Shown here: positions 36,176-47,239 of the stretch, one piece after another
Layout: every line of letters begins with the position of its first letter
How positions within the stretch are numbered: position 1 is the first letter of the stretch
Assembly (NCBI GenBank): GCA_038922795.1
Contig: JBCKWI010000002.1
Coordinates: forward strand, 2,756 to 66,755
Direction of reading: 5' to 3'
Length of the DNA stretch: 64,000 bases
DNA from: Gammaproteobacteria bacterium
Lineage (GTDB): Bacteria > Pseudomonadota > Gammaproteobacteria > Eutrophobiales > Eutrophobiaceae
The notes under the pieces: model-generated
Told to the model about the DNA's origin: nothing
The model's input: the letters and a program-made list of their open reading frames with translations, nothing else
Database searches by the model: none
Program-made: the position numbers and the translations under genes

Positions 36176-38488
36176 TTAGCCGGTCTTGTGTCGTGCTCTG
36201 CGCTTGCCACGTGCCGGAGCCTCAGCCAGAAGTGTTTGTGATTCTTCCAGTGTCAGGCTGGCAGGTTCGCGATCTTTTGGAATCTTCACATTTTTCTTTC
36301 CGTCAGTGATATAGGGACCATAACGCCCGTTTAATATGGAAATCCCGCTGTCACCGAAAATCTTGATTTCTTTTTCTGCGTCTGCCTTCTTTTTCTCGGC
36401 GACCAATTCCACTGCCCGCTCAAGCGTTATGGTATGAGGATCGTCTTCCTGTTTCAGCGAAACAAACTTGCCGCCGTAACGGACATAAGGACCAAACCGG
36501 CCAACATTGGCCACAACTTCCTCACCTTCATCAGTATTGCCCAGCAGCCTGGGCAATTTAAATAATTCCATTGCTTCAGCAAAAGTGATGCTGTCCATGC
36601 GCTGGCCAGTCCTCAAACCTGCAAATTTTGGTTTATCTTCATCATCTTTGGTGCCAATTTGGACATAAGGCCCATAACGCCCCATCCTGACAGAAACAGG
36701 TAATCCCGTTTTCGGATCAGTACCGATTTCACGGGCCTGGGTAGCCTCCTTGCGGCTGACATTCTCTTCTTTTTCTTTTACCTTCCGCTCAAATGGTTCC
36801 CAGAATTCTTTCATGAGTGGAATCCAGTCTTTCTCGCCACGGGACACCGCATCCAGTTCATCCTCAAGTTTTGCTGTAAATTCATAATCTACATAATCTG
36901 TAAAATGTTCCGTCAGGAATTTCGTGACGATACGACCGACTTCCGTGGGTACAAACCGCTTATTATCCAGTTCAACATATTCACGCTGTAAAAGCGTTGA
37001 GATAATACTCGCATAGGTGGAAGGGCGGCCTATGCCATATTCTTCCAGAGATTTAACCAGACTTGCTTCCGTATATCTTGGTGGTGGTTCGGTAAAATGC
37101 TGCTCAGCGCGAATGTCGTTCAATTTTACAACATCCCCTTCCTTCAGTGATGGCAGAACTTTCTGATCGCCTTCCTGCTTGCTGTCATCCTGACCTTCCA
37201 TATAAACCTCCATGAACCCGGGGTCTGCAATCGTTGATCCCGTTGCACGAAATACATTACCTGCGCCACACTTGAAATCGACCGCGACAGTATCAATGAC
37301 AGCATGACTCATCTGGCTCGCCACTGTGCGCTTCCAGATCAGTTCATACAACCTGAATTGATCGCTGGTCAGTTTTGCCTTAATGTCATTCGGGATTCTG
37401 GAAACGGAGGTTGGACGGATACCTTCGTGTGCTTCCTGCGCATTCTTCGAGGATGTTTTGTACTCTCTTGCATGAGTTGGCAATTTTTCACGGCCATAGC
37501 GATCTGCAATAAATGTCCGTATCTCTTTTATCGCATCTTCCCCGAGCGTGACAGAATCTGTCCTCATATAAGTAATAAGGCCTACTGCCCCGTCACCGAT
37601 ATCTATACCTTCATATAATTGCTGCGCAACCTGCATGGTGCGCTTTGCGGTAAATCCGAGTTTACGTATCGCCTCTTGCTGCAAGGTCGAAGTGATAAAC
37701 GGCGCAGCGGGCTGGCGTTTGCGTTGTTTCTTTTCGATCGCCTCAACTTTCAGCTTGCCATTGGCAAATTTTAATAACTTTTGCCGGGCAGCATTTGCAG
37801 CCTTGTCTTCTCCGATGCTGAATTGTTTGAGTTTCTCATCATCGAGTTGCGTCAGCTTTGCAATAAAATTTATATCGCCATGCAACAGATCTGCCTCAAG
37901 TGTCCAGTATTCCCTGGCGATAAATTTTTCTATCTCCTCTTCTCTTTCAGCGATCATGCGCAAGGCCGGACTCTGCACCCTGCCTGCGGACAATCCACGG
38001 CGTATCTTCTTCCACAATAATGGTGATAAATTAAATCCAACCAGATAATCCAGTGCACGACGTGCCTGCTGGGCATTAATTAATTCCATGGAAAGATCAC
38101 GCGGCTGTGCAATGGATTGTTCAATCGCAGATTTTGTCACTTCATAAAAGACCACCCGGTGAACATCTTTACTTTTTAATGCGCCCCGTTCTTTCAGAAG
38201 TTCATAGAGGTGCCATGAAATGGCCTCGCCTTCACGGTCCGGGTCTGTGGCCAGATAGAGAGTTTTTATATTTTTCAGCGCCTTGGCTATGGCATCAACA
38301 AACTTCGCGTTTTTTGCAATCGGCTCATATTTCATGGCGAAATTATTGTCTGTATCAACAGCGCCGGTTTTTGGTAACAAATCGCGCACATGGCCATAAG
38401 AGGCCAGGACCTCATAATCATTACCAAGATAACGATTCAGGGTTTTTGCCTTTGCAGGAGATTCAACAATAACTAACGCTTTGGTCAT
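36176..38488 (-). CDS. topA: DNA topoisomerase I
   Basis: 770 aa with a TOPRIM N-terminus (MTKALVIVESPAKAKT) and Cys-free C-terminal GR(F/Y)GPYV repeats. Confidence 0.96.
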   Translation of the reverse strand: MTKALVIVESPAKAKTLNRYLGNDYEVLASYGHVRDLLPKTGAVDTDNNFAMKYEPIAKNAKFVDAIAKALKNIKTLYLATDPDREGEAISWHLYELLKERGALKSKDVHRVVFYEVTKSAIEQSIAQPRDLSMELINAQQARRALDYLVGFNLSPLLWKKIRRGLSAGRVQSPALRMIAEREEEIEKFIAREYWTLEADLLHGDINFIAKLTQLDDEKLKQFSIGEDKAANAARQKLLKFANGKLKVEAIEKKQRKRQPAAPFITSTLQQEAIRKLGFTAKRTMQVAQQLYEGIDIGDGAVGLITYMRTDSVTLGEDAIKEIRTFIADRYGREKLPTHAREYKTSSKNAQEAHEGIRPTSVSRIPNDIKAKLTSDQFRLYELIWKRTVASQMSHAVIDTVAVDFKCGAGNVFRATGSTIADPGFMEVYMEGQDDSKQEGDQKVLPSLKEGDVVKLNDIRAEQHFTEPPPRYTEASLVKSLEEYGIGRPSTYASIISTLLQREYVELDNKRFVPTEVGRIVTKFLTEHFTDYVDYEFTAKLEDELDAVSRGEKDWIPLMKEFWEPFERKVKEKEENVSRKEATQAREIGTDPKTGLPVSVRMGRYGPYVQIGTKDDEDKPKFAGLRTGQRMDSITFAEAMELFKLPRLLGNTDEGEEVVANVGRFGPYVRYGGKFVSLKQEDDPHTITLERAVELVAEKKKADAEKEIKIFGDSGISILNGRYGPYITDGKKNVKIPKDREPASLTLEESQTLLAEAPARGKRRARHKTG

Positions 38489-38552
38489 AAGGCCATAGAT
38501 AAAATCACAGGAGCAATTAAATTAATTCAGAACAAAATAATCCGCACATCAA

Positions 38553-39032
38553 CTAATGCAGATTTGCATTGATATCGTCCATTACGATGTCTTCCATCCA
38601 GGTAATAGCTGCCTCTTTGTCAGGCTGGTTAAACAAGACCATTAATACAACCCACTTCAACTGTTGCAGATCAATATCATCACTTTCCAGCGCCATGATC
38701 CGATCAATCACCAATTCACGCTCATGTGAATTCAGTACCTTGGCCTGTTCAAGAAAGAGGAGAAAACCACGGCAGTCTGCATCAAGCCGGTCAAGCTCCT
38801 GGCTACTGAACAAGCGTAACGAAGGCAACTCCGGCAAATGAATTGAATCCGCATGCTCCTTGTACGTTGCCAAGCCTTCGAGCCAGGCAAAGGCCTTTTC
38901 AATCTGTTGATCCCGGAATCCGGCTTCCACCAACTGGTTCTTGAGGGATTCCTGGTCTGGAACAAACTCAAGATCTTCTTCAATATAATTATCAAAAATA
39001 TACATAAGCACATCTAAAACTGTTTCTTTCAT
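38553..39032 (-). CDS. smg: Smg protein (DUF494)
   Basis: 159 aa starting MKETVLDVLMYIFDNY, located downstream of dprA as in E. coli. Confidence 0.9.
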   Translation of the reverse strand: MKETVLDVLMYIFDNYIEEDLEFVPDQESLKNQLVEAGFRDQQIEKAFAWLEGLATYKEHADSIHLPELPSLRLFSSQELDRLDADCRGFLLFLEQAKVLNSHERELVIDRIMALESDDIDLQQLKWVVLMVLFNQPDKEAAITWMEDIVMDDINANLH

Positions 39033-39041
39033 TCACTTTCT

Positions 39042-40142
39042 CTAGTTGATTCTGGTATAGAGACCGCTGGATGATGAGACGATCCCCTGGACTTCCAAGA
39101 CTAAAAGCATGGAGGAAACAGCATCGGCCGTCAATCCGCTAAGCTCAATTAATTTATCGACTGTGACCGGATCGAATGATATATGCTCGAGCAATCTTTG
39201 TTGATCAGCATCGAGCACGGCAGGATTTCCAGAGCAAGGCCCTGTACTCGTGCCTTGTTTATCAAACATTGTAATATTGATGTTTAACTCTTCCACCACA
39301 TCCAGTATTGTCTCAACCAGCTTGGCGCCCTGCTTGATTAAATGGTGACAACCTTTTGCCAGTGGATTATAGATAGAGCCCGGAACAGCAAAGACCTCCC
39401 GTCCCTGTTCCATGGCATATCTGGCGGTAATCAATGAACCACTTTTAGGCGCTGCTTCTACTATCAACACGCCCAGACTCAGTCCACTGATGATACGGTT
39501 GCGGCGTGGAAAATTTTTTGCAAGCGGTGGGACATCTGGTGGAAATTCGGAAACGATGGCCCCATTGGCCGCAATCAATCCGGCCATTTCCTTATGGCGT
39601 GCGGGATATACCCTGTCAGGTCCATTGCCCAGAACAGCTATTGTCTTACCATTCACACTAAGTGCGCCGGCATGACTGCAATAATCTATCCCGAGCGCGA
39701 GACCACTGGTAACGGTCAATCCCAATTCAGATAACTGGGCAGCAAACATCTGTGCAGTTTTTCTTCCTCCGGCAGTAGGATTACGGCTGCCAACGATACC
39801 AATTTGTGGAGTATGCAATACTCCCGGATCACCTTTTACAAACAACGCTATTGGCGCATCAGAAATTTCCCCGAGTAATGCAGGATAATGACTGTCATGA
39901 CAGGTAATAAGGTGATGATCCGGCTGGTCCAACCAGGCGATATCAGTTTTGATTTCATCAGAAGGCGTTTTTGTTAAGTATTCTAACGCCTCTTTCTTCA
40001 GCCCCACGTGCATGAGTTCAGTAATTGGCGCTGATAATATATTCACTGGAGTTTCGTAAATATCCAGTAACTTCTTTTGCTGAACAGGCCCTGTTGCGGG
40101 GGTCCTGAGTAATATCAGCCAAGGTATACGGACATCATCCAT
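39042..40142 (-). CDS. dprA: DNA-processing protein DprA (Smf)
   Basis: 366 aa with Rossmann-like core motifs IGIVGSRNPT and GIDYCSHAGAL. Confidence 0.93.
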   Translation of the reverse strand: MDDVRIPWLILLRTPATGPVQQKKLLDIYETPVNILSAPITELMHVGLKKEALEYLTKTPSDEIKTDIAWLDQPDHHLITCHDSHYPALLGEISDAPIALFVKGDPGVLHTPQIGIVGSRNPTAGGRKTAQMFAAQLSELGLTVTSGLALGIDYCSHAGALSVNGKTIAVLGNGPDRVYPARHKEMAGLIAANGAIVSEFPPDVPPLAKNFPRRNRIISGLSLGVLIVEAAPKSGSLITARYAMEQGREVFAVPGSIYNPLAKGCHHLIKQGAKLVETILDVVEELNINITMFDKQGTSTGPCSGNPAVLDADQQRLLEHISFDPVTVDKLIELSGLTADAVSSMLLVLEVQGIVSSSSGLYTRIN

Positions 40143-40218
40143 AATTATTATTTCTTCTGTTGAATATCAGGTGTTATTAAAATCCTGATTTATTAAATCA
40201 TATTTTTAAACATCCAAA

Positions 40219-40254
40219 CAAAAATACAGCACCGGTGTGGTGCTGTATTTTTTA
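40219..40254. terminator. Bidirectional intrinsic terminator downstream of the LysM gene
   Basis: caaaaATACAGCACCggtgtGGTGCTGTATtttttt: a 10-bp perfect stem with an A-run on one side and a T-run on the other. Confidence 0.75.
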
Positions 40255-40294
40255 AGGATATTTCTTGCTGTCATTCCCTGACCTGGCAGGGCAG

Positions 40295-41506
40295 TTACAG
40301 ATTCCTTACTGCATCATAAATATGTATTTGACTGACTGCTTCCATCACCAGAGCATAGCTTACGTTCTCAAAAGTGCGGAATATCATCAGGACTCCAGCA
40401 TATTCTTCAGGCAACCGCACTACTTCGGGCTTGGCATTGGGCCTGCCCAGATAACCGGCAAGGTCTGTCTTGTCAAAGGCGCGCCTGGTATCCCTGACAT
40501 CATTAAGTACACTGCTTACAGCACGATCAACTCCACTGGTATCCTCATGCGACAGCACTATGCGTCTGGCATCTTCTTCCTTTTCCCTGGCTTTGGTCGC
40601 CACATAATCTTTAACCACCTTCCCACTCTGATAGACACCCAGAACGTTGCCGATTTCCACACCGTCATTCGTGCCAAGATCCAGTACCACAATCTGGTAT
40701 TGGCCAATCTCGGATACCCCATCGATCACCGAGATCACATTCCCATACACATCCCGGCCAGGATGAGTGGGGATGAAATTTGAATCGACATCGGCTTCGG
40801 ATTCTTCCGCCAATCGGTCACCGGTTAATATCTCGCGATTAGAGCGGGAAATCATGAATGAAGCAGGATCACCACCACCACCTTTTTCAATGACAGCATC
40901 ACCGAGATATAGGGCCTCATAACCCAGCACAGCATCCTTGTCTTTAACCGGATTAACATAAGGCTTGCCTTTACGATAGATTGCATAGCGTTTTGCCGTT
41001 GCATCTTCCGGTATTCCGCGCACATAAACCTTGCTACCGGAACCCGATACCAGATGCTCATCATAACTGGAAACCACATACGGCCAGTCATCCATCTCAT
41101 CAGCGCTAACAACCAATGGGCGAATCAGGAATTGCTTGATTGCATCAATCGGAATAGAAGGAATTGCGGTATCTTTTTCATACGAGCGAACTGTTGGTGA
41201 TAACTTTATATTGCGTCCGGATTTATCACCTCTGCCCACCGCCAATATAGGCCGGCCGTCTTTATATATTAATGAAACAACATCCCCCGGATAAATCAAA
41301 TGTGGATTTTCAATCTGTGGGTTGGCCTCCCATACCTGTGGCCAGAGCCAGGGCTCATTTAAAAATCTTCCCGTGATGTCCCACAGGGTATCTCCCTTCA
41401 CGACGGTGTAACTCTCAGGGTGGTCCGGTTTGACCGTTACAGTATCTGCTATAACAGCTGTAGTCCCCAAAACAAAAACAGCTATAAACAAGAATTTATT
41501 AAGCAT
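40295..41506 (-). CDS. Secreted LysM peptidoglycan-binding protein (TsaP-like)
   Basis: 403 aa with a signal peptide, then a LysM motif YTVVKGDTLWDITGRFL...YPGDVV. It lies between dprA and def, where TsaP-type genes sit in Pseudomonas and Neisseria (recalled). Confidence 0.75.
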   Translation of the reverse strand: MLNKFLFIAVFVLGTTAVIADTVTVKPDHPESYTVVKGDTLWDITGRFLNEPWLWPQVWEANPQIENPHLIYPGDVVSLIYKDGRPILAVGRGDKSGRNIKLSPTVRSYEKDTAIPSIPIDAIKQFLIRPLVVSADEMDDWPYVVSSYDEHLVSGSGSKVYVRGIPEDATAKRYAIYRKGKPYVNPVKDKDAVLGYEALYLGDAVIEKGGGGDPASFMISRSNREILTGDRLAEESEADVDSNFIPTHPGRDVYGNVISVIDGVSEIGQYQIVVLDLGTNDGVEIGNVLGVYQSGKVVKDYVATKAREKEEDARRIVLSHEDTSGVDRAVSSVLNDVRDTRRAFDKTDLAGYLGRPNAKPEVVRLPEEYAGVLMIFRTFENVSYALVMEAVSQIHIYDAVRNL

Positions 41507-41655
41507 GTCTATTACCTTACGTGCATTCCTTAATGTAGATTAGTAAAAAGTTTAGCAAAATATTAGCTGGAGTACCATGTTCTTGTTATTTATAGCTGGT
41601 CCGGATTATTTCTGTATACTATCAGTAAGTTATTAATGCTCATGAGTAACCCAAG

Positions 41656-42168
41656 ATGGCACTATTAGACGTTTTGCACTTTCCTGACCCCAGATTACGC
41701 AAAAAGGCGCTGCCGGTCGAGACCCTAGACGACAGTATTAAAGCGCTTGCAAATGACATGCTGGAAACCATGTACAAAGAAGAAGGTATAGGCCTTGCTG
41801 CGACCCAGGTGAATGTCCAGAAACGGGTGGTAGTTATCGACCTGTCAGAACTGCGAAATGAGCCTATGTATCTGATAAATCCAGAAATAATCAGTTTTGA
41901 AGGGGTAGAGCAGATGCAGGAAGGCTGTCTTTCAGTACCCGATTATTACGAACTGGTCGAACGCGCGGAAAAGGTTCATCTCCGCTACCTGAACCTTGCA
42001 GGCGAGACCATGGAGATCAATGCCGATGGGCTGCTGGCAGTCTGTATACAACACGAGATCGATCACCTCGATGGCAAATTGTTCATTGACTATTTATCCC
42101 CCCTTAAACGCCAACGGCTACGCAAAAAACTGGAAAAACAGGACAAACTGCAAGCACAGATACTGTGA
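41656..42168 (+). CDS. def: Peptide deformylase
   Basis: 170 aa with [14 protein letters not shown] and HEIDH motifs. Confidence 0.97.
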   Translation: MALLDVLHFPDPRLRKKALPVETLDDSIKALANDMLETMYKEEGIGLAATQVNVQKRVVVIDLSELRNEPMYLINPEIISFEGVEQMQEGCLSVPDYYELVERAEKVHLRYLNLAGETMEINADGLLAVCIQHEIDHLDGKLFIDYLSPLKRQRLRKKLEKQDKLQAQIL

Positions 42169-43109
42169 CAAAACCTAATCTGCGCCTGGGATTTGCGGGT
42201 ACACCAGCCCTCGCGGCTACTGTACTGGACAGTCTGCTCAAACAAACCAGCTATCTGCTGGATGTTGTGTACACGCAACCTGATCGACAGGCCGGCCGTG
42301 GCCGTAAAATCAATATCAGCCCGGTAAAACAACTTGCACTGCAACATGGACTAAAGGTTGCGCAACCGGAGACGCCGGATGCGATTGACCCGGACAACAC
42401 CCTGTCTCAACTGGATCTGTTCATCGTCGTTGCCTATGGCATGTTACTGCCAGCAAAAATACTTAACCGGCCGAGGCAAGGGTGTCTCAATATTCACACC
42501 TCGCTGCTACCCCGCTGGCGCGGGGCGGCGCCGATACAGCGTGCGATTGAGGCTGGTGATAGCGAGACCGGGGTCAGCATCATGCAAATGGACGAAGGAC
42601 TCGATACCGGGCCCATCCTGGCCCAATTACATTGTCCTATTGCCGCCCAGGAAACGAGTGGTTCCCTGCATGAAAAGCTGGCTGTTCTGGGTGTAAAATG
42701 CCTGATTGAAATGCTGGAAAAAATGGCAGCGGGCAAGGTAACCTCTCTCCCCCAGGATCCTGCTCTGGCAACGTATGCCAACAAGATCAGCAAGGCCGAG
42801 GCCAGGCTCGACTGGGTAAAGCCAACTGTAGAATTAGAACGGCAAATACGGGCCTTTAATCCAGCACCCGTGGCATATACTGAAATTAACGGGTTGCTGC
42901 TCAGAGTCTGGGAAGCACAACTCGTTGACCGGATCGCCAATGCAAAACCCGGCACTATCCTGACCTCTGACAAAACCGGGGTGGATATCGCGACAGGTAA
43001 TGGGATACTGAGATTGTTGAAGATTCAATCTGCCGGTAAACGGATCATGACGATCCATGAATTCCTCAATGGACGGCCTGATTTTTTCAGCAATCCGGCA
43101 GCATTATAA
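42165..43109 (+). CDS. fmt: Methionyl-tRNA formyltransferase
   Basis: 314 aa. Overlaps the def stop by 4 nt. [20 protein letters not shown] motif. Confidence 0.97.
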   Translation: MTKPNLRLGFAGTPALAATVLDSLLKQTSYLLDVVYTQPDRQAGRGRKINISPVKQLALQHGLKVAQPETPDAIDPDNTLSQLDLFIVVAYGMLLPAKILNRPRQGCLNIHTSLLPRWRGAAPIQRAIEAGDSETGVSIMQMDEGLDTGPILAQLHCPIAAQETSGSLHEKLAVLGVKCLIEMLEKMAAGKVTSLPQDPALATYANKISKAEARLDWVKPTVELERQIRAFNPAPVAYTEINGLLLRVWEAQLVDRIANAKPGTILTSDKTGVDIATGNGILRLLKIQSAGKRIMTIHEFLNGRPDFFSNPAAL

Positions 43110-43129
43110 TCACCTGATATTCCTCCTTC

Positions 43130-44458
43130 ATGCCCAGACCACCCATTTCCAGTCAATCAGGGCCACGTGCAATCGCCGCATTGGTCATTCAAAGGCTGTT
43201 GTGCAAACGGCAAACCCTGTCCTCATTACTGCCTGATTATCTCAATCGTCTGGTGCATAAAAAAGATCAGGCCCTGGCCCAGGAACTCTGTTATGGCGTC
43301 ATGCGCTGGTATTTCCAGCTGGATTTTCTGCTTGGAATATTGATTGATAAAAATATCAAGGCCAAAGACACCGATATCAAGGCACTATTACTGATTGGTT
43401 TATATCAATTCATCTATCTACGTACCCCACCCCATGCCGTGGTATCTGCTACTGTCGAGGCTTGTAATGAGTTGAACAAAGGCTGGGCCAAAGGCCTGGT
43501 CAATGCAGTTTTGAGAAGATATCAGCGAGAAAGTGAACACTTACTTAAGAAAGTTGAGGCTGACCTATCCGCCCAATATTCACACCCGGAGTGGTTGCTG
43601 GAACTCCTGAAAAATAATTACCCGGATTGCTGGCAGAAAATAGTGGCTGCAAATAATTCTTATCCCCCCATGGCCCTTAGGGTCAACCCCGGCAAAGTCG
43701 CACGCGATACCTACCTGACTATGTTGAATCAAGCAGGTATAACGGCAAACCAGGCCCCGCCCTGGATACCGGCCGGGATAGTGCTTGATAACCCTGTGGA
43801 TGTGGATAAGTTGCCAGAATTTATGAATGGTTATGTGTCAGTACAGGATCTGGCTGCGCAGTTAACACCGGGCCTGCTGGATCTCAAACCTCATCTACGT
43901 GTATTGGATGCTTGTGCTGCCCCCGGTGGTAAACTTGCACACATAATAGAATCTGAGCCCGGGTTAACAGAAGCCGTGGGTATAGAGTCTGACCAGTTTC
44001 GATTTGATCGGCTACAACAAACACTGGACAGATTACAACTCAAGGCCAGACTCATACACGCAGATGCCCGGCAAACCGCTACCTGGTGGGATGGAGTGGA
44101 GTTTGATCGAATACTGCTGGATGCACCGTGCAGCGCAACGGGCGTGGTCCGCCGCCATCCTGATATCAAAGTCTTGCGCACGCAGGCAGATATTGAGACT
44201 GTGATTACAGTACAAAGGGAATTATTATCCGCACTCTGGCCGTTACTGAAAACTGGCGGTAAGCTTTTATATGTGACTTGTTCAATCCTGGATTCCGAGA
44301 ATGATCAGCAGATCAGAGAATTTTTAAACAAACACACCGATGCCAGGATCATCATGGCCGATGCTGATTGGGGAATAAACACACTCCATGGACGCCAGAT
44401 CCTGCCCGGACAGAATAATATGGATGGCTTTTATTATGCATGTGTGCAAAAAATATAA
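43130..44458 (+). CDS. rsmB: 16S rRNA (cytosine967-C5)-methyltransferase RsmB (Sun)
   Basis: 442 aa with DACAAPGGK and DAPCSATGVVRRHPD motifs; follows fmt. Confidence 0.95.
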   Translation: MPRPPISSQSGPRAIAALVIQRLLCKRQTLSSLLPDYLNRLVHKKDQALAQELCYGVMRWYFQLDFLLGILIDKNIKAKDTDIKALLLIGLYQFIYLRTPPHAVVSATVEACNELNKGWAKGLVNAVLRRYQRESEHLLKKVEADLSAQYSHPEWLLELLKNNYPDCWQKIVAANNSYPPMALRVNPGKVARDTYLTMLNQAGITANQAPPWIPAGIVLDNPVDVDKLPEFMNGYVSVQDLAAQLTPGLLDLKPHLRVLDACAAPGGKLAHIIESEPGLTEAVGIESDQFRFDRLQQTLDRLQLKARLIHADARQTATWWDGVEFDRILLDAPCSATGVVRRHPDIKVLRTQADIETVITVQRELLSALWPLLKTGGKLLYVTCSILDSENDQQIREFLNKHTDARIIMADADWGINTLHGRQILPGQNNMDGFYYACVQKI

Positions 44459-45032
44459 AGACAAATCAACCGGCCGGGGAATTATACATATATATGTATT
44501 AATCTTGATCTTCCTGTTTTCACGCAGCAGCATTGCCGGCACAAACAGCATTAAAATAGAAAGTGCTGATGGCGTGATAATCGAAAATATGTACAGCGTT
44601 AATGCTAAAATCTCATACCAGCTTGGCAAAGAGAACCGCAATGCCCTGGAGCACGGCATCCCACTGGAATTTGACATTGAATTTCGTATACAGAAACGCC
44701 GTCCCTGGATATGGGACCAAACCCTGATCTCCAGGACAATCACATACAGGTTGGAACATCAGCCCCTCAGCGGCGATTATCTCGTTACCAGACTCAATGA
44801 CGGCGACCTGGAACAATTCCAGAATCTTGAAGATGTACTGGAATACATCGGTAAGATAAAAAATTTTCCTTTGATAGATACTGCAATACTGGAAACCGGC
44901 GGGATTTTCTATGCACAGGTTAAAACTCACCTGAATATTGAGGCCCTGCCTGCGCCTTTAAGACCACTGGCCTACATTTCCAGCGAATGGCGTCTTTCCA
45001 GCCCGTGGCAAATCTGGATGATTAAAGAATGA
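44436..45032 (+). CDS. DUF4390 domain protein
   Basis: Sits between rsmB and ntrY as DUF4390 genes commonly do (recalled). The start is uncertain: track start 44388 overlaps rsmB, and I chose the Met at 44436. Confidence 0.65.
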   Translation: MHVCKKYKDKSTGRGIIHIYVLILIFLFSRSSIAGTNSIKIESADGVIIENMYSVNAKISYQLGKENRNALEHGIPLEFDIEFRIQKRRPWIWDQTLISRTITYRLEHQPLSGDYLVTRLNDGDLEQFQNLEDVLEYIGKIKNFPLIDTAILETGGIFYAQVKTHLNIEALPAPLRPLAYISSEWRLSSPWQIWMIKE

Positions 45033-47239
45033 TAAAAAGCGGCCAGTTAATCTTTATTACAGGAGTAATCCTGTTCATCCTCATGCTCAGTTCCCTGTTG
45101 ATGATGAGCAACGCACTACAGGATTCGAGCCATTTCAGTGATCTGTATCTGGGACTCCTGATTTTCAACACCCTGGGTTTGCTGGTACTGATCGTTCTTA
45201 TCGCGCTGAATCTCAAGCGCCTCATCAAGCAACTACGCAACCGGATCCCCGGTGCCAGAATGACCATACGGATGGTATCAATGTTCACCGTGCTTTCTGT
45301 AACACCGGTGCTGGTTGTATATTATTTTTCTCTGGATTTTCTCATCCGCGGCATTGATAACTGGTTTGATCTGCGTGTTGAACAGGCCCTTAATGATTCT
45401 CTTGATTTGAGCCGTCAGTCACTCGATACGCGTATGCGCGATCTGTTGCGAAGGACCAGACAAATGGCAGATGAATTATCCGATATCACGGATGCAGCTA
45501 TCCCTTTTGAAATTGATGATATGCGGATAAAAAGCGGGGCCAAGGAGCTTACGCTGCTCACACGTCAGGGTACAATTTTATCATCCAGTGCAGACGACCC
45601 TTTTCATCTGGTACCGGATCGTCCCAGCGAAACCATCCTGCTGCAATTGCAGCAGGGAAACAATTATACCGCCCTGGATACGATACGTAATGCCGGCCTG
45701 CATATCCGTGTTGTAGTCAATATACCCATCTTTGGTATGGAGAGTGAGGCCAGGATCATCCAGGCGTTGTATCCGGTATCTGAGAGAATCAATCAACTGG
45801 CGGAAAGTGTGCAGGATGCATTTATAAAGTATAAAGAGCTGTCCTATTTGCGTGAACAACTGAAGAAAAGCTTTGTGATTATCCTTACTCTGGTACTGTT
45901 GTTCAGTATCTTCAGCACTGTCTGGGCTGCATTCTACACTGCCAGACGGCTGGTGGAACCGGTAAGTAACCTGGCCAAGGGCACACAGGACGTTGCTCAG
46001 GGAAATTATACGACACAGATCCCCGTACCAGGTAATGACGAACTGGGTTTTCTGGTGGCCTCCTTTAATGATATGACCCGCAAGATTGCACAGGCCCAGG
46101 ATGCGGCGGGCCGCAGTCAACACGAGGCTGAAACCCAGCAGTCCTACCTTGAAGCTGTACTGGGGACACTTTCATCCGGTGTACTGGTGCTTGACCAGGA
46201 CAACAGAGTGCGCACCTACAACAGGCGCGCCGAGTTGATACTCGGCATTCCAATCGCATCGCATACTGGTCATTCGATTGAGGAGATCGCCGAAAAATAT
46301 CCGTCATTCAAACAATTCAAGGAAGGGATAGAGTCACATTTATCATCCACACAAAATAACTGGCGGGAACAAATCGCAATCACCAACAGCAGTGGCCGTA
46401 TAATTCTCATGTGCAGCGGGACAACTTTGCCCGGAACACATAATATGCAGCATGGCCACGTTATCGTCATTGATGATATTACTGCATTGATTCAGGGCCA
46501 ACGGAATGCAGCCTGGAGCGAGATGGCCAGACGTCTGGCCCATGAGATTAAAAACCCATTGACTCCCATTCAACTTGCCACGGAACGGATGCGTCATAAG
46601 TATCTGCAGGGGATGCGTGCAGATGACACGGATACTTTTGACCGGCTGACCAACACCATCATCCAGCAGGTTGAAACCATGAAGGACATGGTGAATTCAT
46701 TTACCGATTTTTCCAGTACGCCGGATATCAATCTGCAAATGACGGATATCAATGATCTGTTGAGAGAAGTCATAGACCTTTATGCTAATCTTAATGGTAA
46801 TGCTGAAATCGCTGCCAATTTATCCAAGAATATTCCATTAATAGCCGTAGATAAAGGCAGGCTGAGACAGGTTTTCAATAATCTGCTGAAAAATGCCTTT
46901 GACGCCTGTGATCGGTGCAAGGTATTCAGGCTGGAGATCAGCTCTGACTGCATTACTGAAAACGACCAGAAATTTGTAGAAATAAAAATAAAGGATTCTG
47001 GCATGGGGATTACTGAGGATATAATGGACCGCATGTTTGATCCCTACGCCACCACCAAAACCAGGGGCTCAGGGCTTGGTCTTGCCATCGTTAAAAAGAT
47101 TGTGGAGGAACACAAGGGACTGGTGATGCTTGTCAACAACTCCTCAGGCGCCGGGGCCTGTGCGATTGTGCGATTGCCTGTTAACGAACTCTATGATCAA
47201 AAAAGCGAAAATGGGTCTGTTTACCGGAAGGCGATATGA
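45029..47239 (+). CDS. ntrY: NtrY-like sensor histidine kinase (TM, HAMP, PAS, HisKA, HATPase)
   Basis: 736 aa with an H-box MARRLAHEIKNPLTPI and a C-terminal GSGLGLAIVKKIVEEH. Confidence 0.85.
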   Translation: MIKSGQLIFITGVILFILMLSSLLMMSNALQDSSHFSDLYLGLLIFNTLGLLVLIVLIALNLKRLIKQLRNRIPGARMTIRMVSMFTVLSVTPVLVVYYFSLDFLIRGIDNWFDLRVEQALNDSLDLSRQSLDTRMRDLLRRTRQMADELSDITDAAIPFEIDDMRIKSGAKELTLLTRQGTILSSSADDPFHLVPDRPSETILLQLQQGNNYTALDTIRNAGLHIRVVVNIPIFGMESEARIIQALYPVSERINQLAESVQDAFIKYKELSYLREQLKKSFVIILTLVLLFSIFSTVWAAFYTARRLVEPVSNLAKGTQDVAQGNYTTQIPVPGNDELGFLVASFNDMTRKIAQAQDAAGRSQHEAETQQSYLEAVLGTLSSGVLVLDQDNRVRTYNRRAELILGIPIASHTGHSIEEIAEKYPSFKQFKEGIESHLSSTQNNWREQIAITNSSGRIILMCSGTTLPGTHNMQHGHVIVIDDITALIQGQRNAAWSEMARRLAHEIKNPLTPIQLATERMRHKYLQGMRADDTDTFDRLTNTIIQQVETMKDMVNSFTDFSSTPDINLQMTDINDLLREVIDLYANLNGNAEIAANLSKNIPLIAVDKGRLRQVFNNLLKNAFDACDRCKVFRLEISSDCITENDQKFVEIKIKDSGMGITEDIMDRMFDPYATTKTRGSGLGLAIVKKIVEEHKGLVMLVNNSSGAGACAIVRLPVNELYDQKSENGSVYRKAI